37,012 nt of DNA from the IMG/VR virus record IMGVR_UViG_3300022198_001203, positions 1 through 37,012 of that record. One strand, given 5' to 3'. The notes under the pieces were generated by a model that saw only the letters and a list, made by a program, of their open reading frames with translations, made no database searches and was not told the origin of the DNA. Positions 22,601-28,335 of the stretch are shown here, one piece after another. Numbering within the stretch: position 1 is the stretch's first letter; each line of letters opens with the position of its first letter. The stretch is from a virus (Duplodnaviria > Caudoviricetes). Position numbers and translations under genes: made by a program.

Positions 22601-25591
22601 TTCAGCAGAATACAAATCATTTATCTCAACCGGCAAACTCTCCCCAGTGCTGAACTCCTGACCTTGAAAACTTTCTTTTTTGGAAAATTTAAAACTCTTA
22701 TATTCGCCATCTAAGTGACGTATCATCACGGGTGCGCGTTTAACGCCAGCCTTGGCAAGTGCTATCATCCTATGGCGTCCTTCATGCCCAAATATCTTGC
22801 CGTTGTTGTCAATGTTCAGATATGGAGAAACTCGCTCACCCCGGAGATCATCAACTCGCAAATCGCCAGCCTCATCAGATATTCTTTGCGCCCCCTTTGC
22901 AGAACCGCTTGTAGCCATGAGAAAATCAAGAGGATCAACAAATCCAATCTGCCCTTTTGTTCTGTTCCCGCTTACGTGTTCAATGTCTGCTATTTCATCA
23001 TCAATACGCTCATCATTCCAAGCGGCGACACCATCGCGATTACCATGCTTTTTAACAAACTCATCGCGGAAATTCTTAAGCTTTTCAAAGTTGGCTTTAT
23101 GCGTTTCTTGGATTGCCTCATCAATAGTCTGCCCTGGAATAGATGGGATATCCTCAAACTCAGCCAACAACTCAGCCAAAAGGTCTTGGTCTTGCTTCAA
23201 CTCAACGTCACTGTCGCGCCGTGTCTCTTCAAGGGCGGCAATACGCGCCTTTATTTCTCGCGTAGGCAGATCGAGCGGGATATCGTTGCGCTCAAGGTAT
23301 TCTAATAGCTCTGCGATTGACTCAGCCTCTGCTAGAGCCTCCGGGTCTTGTTCTTTGAGCGAATGTACCGGCCTGCCCTGCAATTCCTCTGATATGGCGT
23401 TTAAAAGGTCGTTGTCCTCTGACCCTTCTTCGAGGTATCCAGCCTCCTCCGCTGCAATGCGAACATCGTTGATCGAAAGGTCTTTGATGTTCTCAGGGAT
23501 TGTCCCATCGAACAGTGCTGCGCCGAGGTTTTCTGGTGCCTCACGAAGCAGCTTGCCTATGAACGGATTGGCCTTTTGCCATGTCGCCATGTCGGCTGCA
23601 TCAAACTCGCCGTTCGGATCAACGATACCTCCACGCTTGGCGATGAACTCAAGCAGTGTCTCGCCAAGTGCCGTCTGTTCTGTGGGCTGGGCTGCCGCAC
23701 GTTTAACCCGTTCAAGCAGATAGTCTTGGGCGTCGGGAGTGTAGCTGGTATAAAACTCTGGCAGCTTCTTGCGGATCGACGGCATAAACCGTTCTGCCAC
23801 CTTCAGCGGATCGATACCGGCGCGTTCTCCAAAAATATTAAACACCGCCGCCATCTGTTCAGCCTTGGGCCGTGCGTCGGTATCTGTCGCACCGGCTGTG
23901 ATTAGCTGGTCGTAAACCTCCTGAAATATCACATCCTCAGACGAAATGCTTTCCTGGGCTGCCGCAACTTCATCCTCGGTAATAGGGCCGCCAAACTCTT
24001 TGACAAGCTCGTCAACCTCAGTCAATTCCTGCTCTGTCATCTCACCGGCAGTGAAGCTGGTGTTAGGCGCAATCTTATCGACAACATCTTGCGGCAGTGA
24101 CCAGTATTGCTCCGGCGACATGGTAATAGTCCCGCCCGTAGAAATAGCCTCTTGAACCTCTTGGGCATCAACAAGGTCAAAGTCCGGCATATCCTGGAAC
24201 AGAACCTTCACGCCTTCAGCATCAATCTCAACATCCTCGATGCCAGACTTCCGCATGAACTCACCCTGCGCGGCAGCGTACTTTTCTGGGGAAGTCTGGC
24301 GAAGATTCGATTCCTTGCTGTTTAAGTCCTTGATGGCTTCGGTCCGCTTTTTTGCTCTGCGACGATCTCCAACAACCCGAGCGCCGCCGATCATGGCTGA
24401 AGTGATGCCGCCAACCGTAGCGCCAACGCCACCCTCGTACAGAGTGTCGGCATCAAACAATTTCTGATCTGGATTATATAAAGCGAATGCAGCTAGGTTG
24501 TGGGCAATATTTTCTAAAATTTCTTGAGCGCCTTCAGAACCAGCCCCGGCAAGAACCTGATATATTTTTCCTTTAACTTTGTCAGGAATGCGTTTCAAGA
24601 GGTTTTCTAAGCCATATTTCTCGGTAAGAGCCGTAATTACCCCGCCGCCAAGAACAGCAATGTCAGCGCCAATATCCCCCTCTTTACCAGCCTCCTTTAC
24701 CATATCTGCCTGAATGTCTGATCCTTGACCAAAGAGCATTCCGAGACTTGTAGCAGATGATACGCTACCAGATAGCAAAGCAACGGTAATCTGCGTTGCC
24801 ATCTGGCCTAAGCCAGAACTAACATCAAAAGCAAAACCACTGTCTTTTGGTCGTAGCTCATCAGCAAATTCTTTAACTGGCTCTGTAACATTGATTAACC
24901 CGCGAGACAGCAACGGCAAATTCTTTCTATACTCAGCGGAGTCAAATTCAGTGCCGGTGATGGTATCAAGGATTGCGTCAATTGGCCTTGATATAAGGCG
25001 ATCCAATGCCTCTTTCGCACTACCAATACCGTGAACGCTAGATGCAAGCGCAGTGATCGCGCCGGAAGCTAAACCAAGAGGAACTTGCTCTGGATTGACG
25101 GAGACATCATCTTTAAACTCTATAACGCTCTTCCCAGCAGCGCCCATTGCCCCCCAAAGATACTCTTCAGTGTACCAGTCCCAAGCCTTCTCGATGGCTG
25201 ATAGGTTATCGACATCATCGTGGGCATAGTTGATATTATCATCTCGCGATATCCAGGCTTTTGTCGCCGGGGCTGTTTCAACAGTCCTGGCTATTTCTCT
25301 GGCTCTCGCCTCACGTTTTAATTCTCCATTGTCACGCTGGACAGTACCTACATCAACACCAACCTCATCAGCAGCCGTTTTGTCAGCCTTGTACTGAACG
25401 GGAGGAATTTTCACGGCATCTCTTGTCTTGTGCCTTTGCGCGTCACTATCGCCACCTTCAAGTTCTAGGCCGGTAGTGTTAAGCTCAAATACGTTGCTGC
25501 CTGTAGTGCTAGGCTCAAAGGGAGCGGCAAGCCCCTCTTGATCATCTTCTTCAAGCTCCAAGCCAGATGTATTAAGCTCAATACCAGCCAT
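16676..25591 (-). CDS. Giant internal virion (DNA ejection) polyvalent protein with ParB-like, ART-like, GP88/radical-SAM-like and zincin peptidase domains
   Basis: Occupies the T7 gp16-equivalent position; motifs GHEGRHR (22769-22789), YHGT (22454-22465), CX5CX3C (21395-21427), HESGH (20318-20332); hydrophobic N- and C-terminal segments. Confidence 0.85.
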   Translation of the reverse strand: MAGIELNTSGLELEEDDQEGLAAPFEPSTTGSNVFELNTTGLELEGGDSDAQRHKTRDAVKIPPVQYKADKTAADEVGVDVGTVQRDNGELKREARAREIARTVETAPATKAWISRDDNINYAHDDVDNLSAIEKAWDWYTEEYLWGAMGAAGKSVIEFKDDVSVNPEQVPLGLASGAITALASSVHGIGSAKEALDRLISRPIDAILDTITGTEFDSAEYRKNLPLLSRGLINVTEPVKEFADELRPKDSGFAFDVSSGLGQMATQITVALLSGSVSSATSLGMLFGQGSDIQADMVKEAGKEGDIGADIAVLGGGVITALTEKYGLENLLKRIPDKVKGKIYQVLAGAGSEGAQEILENIAHNLAAFALYNPDQKLFDADTLYEGGVGATVGGITSAMIGGARVVGDRRRAKKRTEAIKDLNSKESNLRQTSPEKYAAAQGEFMRKSGIEDVEIDAEGVKVLFQDMPDFDLVDAQEVQEAISTGGTITMSPEQYWSLPQDVVDKIAPNTSFTAGEMTEQELTEVDELVKEFGGPITEDEVAAAQESISSEDVIFQEVYDQLITAGATDTDARPKAEQMAAVFNIFGERAGIDPLKVAERFMPSIRKKLPEFYTSYTPDAQDYLLERVKRAAAQPTEQTALGETLLEFIAKRGGIVDPNGEFDAADMATWQKANPFIGKLLREAPENLGAALFDGTIPENIKDLSINDVRIAAEEAGYLEEGSEDNDLLNAISEELQGRPVHSLKEQDPEALAEAESIAELLEYLERNDIPLDLPTREIKARIAALEETRRDSDVELKQDQDLLAELLAEFEDIPSIPGQTIDEAIQETHKANFEKLKNFRDEFVKKHGNRDGVAAWNDERIDDEIADIEHVSGNRTKGQIGFVDPLDFLMATSGSAKGAQRISDEAGDLRVDDLRGERVSPYLNIDNNGKIFGHEGRHRMIALAKAGVKRAPVMIRHLDGEYKSFKFSKKESFQGQEFSTGESLPVEINDLYSAEFGQMQNIKDAMPSDPQVLFQPGNPAFDAWFGDSKVVDENGEPLVVYHGTKATVDDDFAFDPKKQSDETRLSQQGVGFYFTENKKQASGYGKPEAMYLSVQNPLELKRGDNQNITRDMAIELFSRGNNAFFYDRWIDFQTGVDTHGMSLSEKAAVFVDYIMEARGSADGTDKLLVKEIKRAYKSYGDDNGYTQMLSDFIEVTGFDGAVEKINDDTTVYTAISPTQIKSVNNRGTFDPNDARILYQEAQSTVFFQKAAKEDKISITLGNLDYVKENYPDHYASIEAQLGKMTATEAKRVRDTLEAHKGTQWSLAAIRSLVIRDILHRSRDGQSIDDIADGKFWSVEEKVDWRNTSIVKAFAGGPEQIVIKAQGYNFFGNNRKAENDFSGSFLNCDPSTACATYCYSAGGSGGAPNGLMKAEFTEYMANNHPDVLADRLSVYAHLPAGLNGLALRMNEKGDLSEAQLKLIKELNKRGIRLQIFSKRPEHLRKVSDFNWRSLSIDETNMDKALDNPDLSIALIVTDNLPADFVSKIKDRLNVVLPVNLKGNSWTREQVLRMYPESKKEVSNALCPVEAGKKSIGTKDTTFATVISGLKKQSGTKYWTCTACDKLGSAGCFHGKNKSETVRKAANHFAATEHQSEADANKIRSSIEMNLFALLEEKEIDRGQLEDILGILNGKPEGSQREPNPSAAEVSTLGDIEGSTVDEGGRREAGSLAGGTELEQREKDEARGSIVFGENLDEIVINLFKAENLSTFLHESGHLYLEMMSELSQLDSASQGLKDDMATVRDWLGVAPGESFTTEHHEKWAETYEKYLMEGNAPSVKLLSAFAKFSSWLSVIYKKFGLRRADLNDDIRGVMDRMLASESEIEQARGFASMEPLFADAEQMGVTQEQFEKYILDKERAQEAQTAELVARTLQDVKRENTKWWNAEEKATAKIIEAELDEDVTWRAMFTIRRNKLPSGEPLPAYLPEGVKISSQALAEMEDAHAFRFLPKGLTAKKDGMHPDDMAPIYGFESGDQMLKSFMAMPQDKNGKFLTPKQFAKAEAKRRMLEEHGDIMNDGTMQEEALIRVHSENQSRLIAKELKHLIIQEAKKSNRDGGSSRTVTNKIAKETAKRLLAKKPVGQILSHRKYLNAEMRAAKQAMAATLKGDFKAAAEAKQRQLLNFHLYREARNAAAKTEKMSARLSKLKRDVINPKVINPAFIKEVKTILAGVSFGTKAGPKRLDRLKAEQVHDWAEKQEKKYGAAFDISPELDKALENNHYKDMAYSEFEGLYDTVNSVMVQGRRFSDNERNEFNEYVAAMTDSIYANATKELSEPDEAKFLQGVRSWVKEFIANHRQINSLSLELDGYEEGGLITTNIFRRIKDADDAYLDRGMKASERLNAILSVYGRVDKMKFYNKMFIPELGQSLSLSGRLAFALNMGNEGNVEVMQKHYSDVQIDAILKTLTEKDWDVVEAIWKEVDSYWNDTVDDNGNVIAEGISTVEERVTGVKPKKVEATPFVTPSGRKVSGGYYPLVADPRTSDKGRKDMEAKASLENLLGGGHSKATTKHGSTIERQGFGRERKILLDVSVAFNHIDGVIKDIEMREAVVEVHRIIQSPAFKEAVQSAKGLEYHQQFDNWLKNVAGGDKQPIDPIEKLVSYARTGASIAEMGLSLRTMLQQPFGITQTMVLIGEAATMKGVWEFARDRGDAARKVMELSPFMRNRGATFNRDVKDAQKLIGAKGLHDDIVKASFWGIQKLDMAVSIPTWLGAYDKAQKEGKNIPDSVAFADSIVARSQGSGLSRDLSQNQQGGVWKKLFTMFYTFFNAYYNVQVDLYKQTNFRSFPQILKYVKNQLWVTVIPSLVVDALFNGGPEDDEEWPLWAASTVGGFAAGGIVLARDVVNSATSGYGYQISPVQGFFAKPLAALDQIKQGEADIQAAKAIFMAIGYLAHVPGARTMSRAADVLADEGTQNLDEFEGWWRLLVQGKEK

Positions 25592-25603
25592 AAATTCTCA
25601 CCT

Positions 25604-27352
25604 TCACTTATATCTATGTGGGTTGTTTTTGAACAATGTTAGGATGTTAGCTCTGCTTATCTTAGCCTTACTCGCCCTCAAATCGTCAACGATATTAGCC
25701 AAGTTATCGGAAAAAGCCTGCCGTTGGCTCGATGGGATATCGGCATCCTTGGCGAAGGTCAACCGCTGCTCCTCTGTTAGGACACTGACGTTTTGCTCTG
25801 CATCGCTCCCTAACCACACATCCGACTTGTCCCATATGATTTTTTCTTTGACCATCTCATCCAGGATTCTGGCTTTTTCATCAGGCTTTCGAGCGTCAGC
25901 TTGACGTACACGTTCATCGTATTCCACTTGGAAGGCTGTAAATGCTTCCGGGCTGTCTTTCTTCTTCAATTTAGTCGAAACCTCGAAGGATGCGGCAACT
26001 CTCTGTAGTTCAGTCATCCCGCTAGCACCAGTCGCGCTCATGTCTTCAGCTTCTGCCTTTTTGCCCAACGCCTGCTGATACCCCCGCCATTCCCTTACTA
26101 TCGTTTCCTCAAATTGCTTCTTGGTTACACCAAGCTCATACGCAATTTCTAGCTCACGCCTAGTCATCTTGCCAACTTTCTCCCAATCAGAGGAGTCGTC
26201 ATGCCACTTTTTCCAAGTTTCCCCACCGTCACCTTTCCGATCATAATCAGGATCAGCAGCCCTTAAAATCTTATCTTGTTCAACAGCCTTAACATACTTC
26301 TTTTCACGCTCACTAAGGTCATGAAGCTCAACTTCCGTTAAACGTGGAGAGCCAGGGTCGGCAGCTTTTTTTGAAACAAAATCGAACCTTTCTTCTTCGG
26401 CTCTCTTTCTCAGGCGCTCCTTCTCAGCAAAGCGCAGTTTCACTTCTTTTAAAACAGCGACCTCATCTTCTCCTGAAAAAGAGCTTCTAACTTTCGCCAA
26501 TGCAGCAGCTTCGCTTGTTTCTGTAAGAAGCAAATTATCCGTAAATAATTGCGCGGTTTTAGCTCTACTATCCTTGGCTATCATTTCTGTAATAGCCGAG
26601 TAGTCGTCGCCGTCAATCTCGCCGGTCCTCTTCCCATTCTCAAAAATTGCTGTTGCCGTCGCCGTGTCGCCAAGAGACAGCGACATCTTTATACGACCAA
26701 TATTCATTGCACTAATCTGATCTTTAATGATCTGCTTTGTTACGTCAGGATCGCGGCCTGTTTTTTGACCGACTAGCGCTTCTGAAGACTTTATTGCGTC
26801 AACAGAATCACGGTAAACAACACCATTGTTATATTGTGCTTGAGCCTTAGATGAATACATGGCTGCACGATTTTCAGCGGTAGCAACCAAATTTTTATCC
26901 GTTTCGATTATCTGCTGCTTGAGGGCTGCGCTTCTACCGTTGTTTCTTGAACGAGTGACAAAATGCCGATACATGACCGAATCTTTTTCGTTCAACCCAG
27001 AAACATCTTGGGATGAATAAAATTCTTCGGCGGCATCATTGTATTCTTGTTCTGCATTCGCAGCGCCGCTAAGTTTTTTTTGTGCAAGGTTTCTGCTTTG
27101 CTCACTTTCAAACTGAACAGCGGCTGTCTCTGCATTCATTTTGTTCAGCAAAGACCTTTCTTCAGCCTGTTTTGTAAGGAAGTCAGCACCTGACTGTAAA
27201 GCCTCACCAGCCTGCAACAAGCTTTTAGCCTGCCCACCCCCAAACATATCCGCATTGGTCTGAAAGCTCTGGAACGGCGTGTTGGCTGCCTCTGACTTGA
27301 TACTGCCAATATTCTGAGCGCCTTGAGTCGCCGGTGTGAGGATTTTAGCCAT
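25604..27352 (-). CDS. Internal virion (ejection) protein, T7 gp15-equivalent position
   Basis: 582-aa helical Ala/Gln-rich protein between the small and giant ejection genes. Confidence 0.7.
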   Translation of the reverse strand: MAKILTPATQGAQNIGSIKSEAANTPFQSFQTNADMFGGGQAKSLLQAGEALQSGADFLTKQAEERSLLNKMNAETAAVQFESEQSRNLAQKKLSGAANAEQEYNDAAEEFYSSQDVSGLNEKDSVMYRHFVTRSRNNGRSAALKQQIIETDKNLVATAENRAAMYSSKAQAQYNNGVVYRDSVDAIKSSEALVGQKTGRDPDVTKQIIKDQISAMNIGRIKMSLSLGDTATATAIFENGKRTGEIDGDDYSAITEMIAKDSRAKTAQLFTDNLLLTETSEAAALAKVRSSFSGEDEVAVLKEVKLRFAEKERLRKRAEEERFDFVSKKAADPGSPRLTEVELHDLSEREKKYVKAVEQDKILRAADPDYDRKGDGGETWKKWHDDSSDWEKVGKMTRRELEIAYELGVTKKQFEETIVREWRGYQQALGKKAEAEDMSATGASGMTELQRVAASFEVSTKLKKKDSPEAFTAFQVEYDERVRQADARKPDEKARILDEMVKEKIIWDKSDVWLGSDAEQNVSVLTEEQRLTFAKDADIPSSQRQAFSDNLANIVDDLRASKAKISRANILTLFKNNPHRYK

Positions 27353-27358
27353 TGTCTG

Positions 27359-27865
27359 TTACACCTTAGAAATTGCCGTTGCCGATTGAGCCGCGCCGGA
27401 TAAGAACGTGCCACCGGCTGCCATCATTGGTGATTGAGCGGACGCCTGTGCATCAAACAACCCTGCCTGTGCTGTGAAGTTCACGCCCTGGACTAGCGCT
27501 CGGTGGGCCTCTCGCTCTGTGTTGTCCCTAATTTTCTGGATATCAAGTTCTCCCGCCTCTGCGACATCTGCGAGCAGGTCAACATTGGTTGAACCTGGAT
27601 CATCGACTAGGAAACCAGCAGCGGCAGCACCCGCAGTGACAGAACCCTTCGCCTGTGCAATTCGGTCCCTGTGTTCTTCCTCTGCCGCTTTGCCCCTGTC
27701 TCTCGCATCCGCTGCGTTTTGTTGAGCAATGATAGCGTTGTTCCGAGCGACAGCCGCTTGGTAATTGGCCTGTGACTTAGCCGCCTGTGACTGTTGATAT
27801 GCTCCTACAGTGGCTACACCAGTCCCAACTACCGACGCAACGGCTGCTACTGTCATCCAACTCAT
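27359..27865 (-). CDS. Internal virion protein, T7 gp14-equivalent
   Basis: Hydrophobic N-terminus, QAAVARNNAIIAQQNAADARDRG, AAAGF.VD..GS..D. Confidence 0.8.
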   Translation of the reverse strand: MSWMTVAAVASVVGTGVATVGAYQQSQAAKSQANYQAAVARNNAIIAQQNAADARDRGKAAEEEHRDRIAQAKGSVTAGAAAAGFLVDDPGSTNVDLLADVAEAGELDIQKIRDNTEREAHRALVQGVNFTAQAGLFDAQASAQSPMMAAGGTFLSGAAQSATAISKV

Positions 27866-28335
27866 TTTTCAGCCCTCGTGATAAGGAACGTGTCGTTTGC
27901 TTGGCTCGACCTCGACATCAATAGTTCTGTCTCGTCGGTACATTCTTCTTCAATATCAGATACAGTTTTAGCATCTGTGTGATAGATCATCGTGACATGA
28001 GTATCGAGATGAGCAAATGCCGCCTGCTTACGACCTGCTGCGGCTGGCAATACGTGATATCCAATAAACCGACGAGGCGCTCCATTAACATACAGCGTCA
28101 CGTCACCGCTAAGGATCACCGTGGAATCGACCTTGATCTGAGCGCCCGTAACCAACCCACCCTCTGGGATCATTATTGTTCTGCAATAAACCCCAGCATG
28201 AATTATGTGGTGTGTGTCGAGGTGGATGGTTTCGAGGTTTTCCCGCATCGCCTGCTCTAGACGGCGAACATCACCGACGGCTTTATCGCTTCCGGCCTCG
28301 ATCATGTTGGCACTTGCTTGGGCTATTTTATTCAT
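27862..28335 (-). CDS. Cupin-like hypothetical protein in the tail/ejection module
   Basis: HHIIHAGVYCRTIMIPEG..VTGA...GRKQAAFAHLDT beta-barrel pattern. Confidence 0.65.
   Translation of the reverse strand: MNKIAQASANMIEAGSDKAVGDVRRLEQAMRENLETIHLDTHHIIHAGVYCRTIMIPEGGLVTGAQIKVDSTVILSGDVTLYVNGAPRRFIGYHVLPAAAGRKQAAFAHLDTHVTMIYHTDAKTVSDIEEECTDETELLMSRSSQANDTFLITRAEK

Noticed and set aside
22541-23191. Plasmid-prophage partition system suggested by the ParB-like motif
   Set aside because: The domain is embedded in a virion protein, lacks an HTH, and no parA or parS is visible
22715-23723. Long plus-strand ORFs (196 and 323 aa) opposite the giant gene
   Set aside because: Ser-rich antisense shadows of a motif-bearing minus-strand gene; the same applies to most other overlapping ORFs in the track
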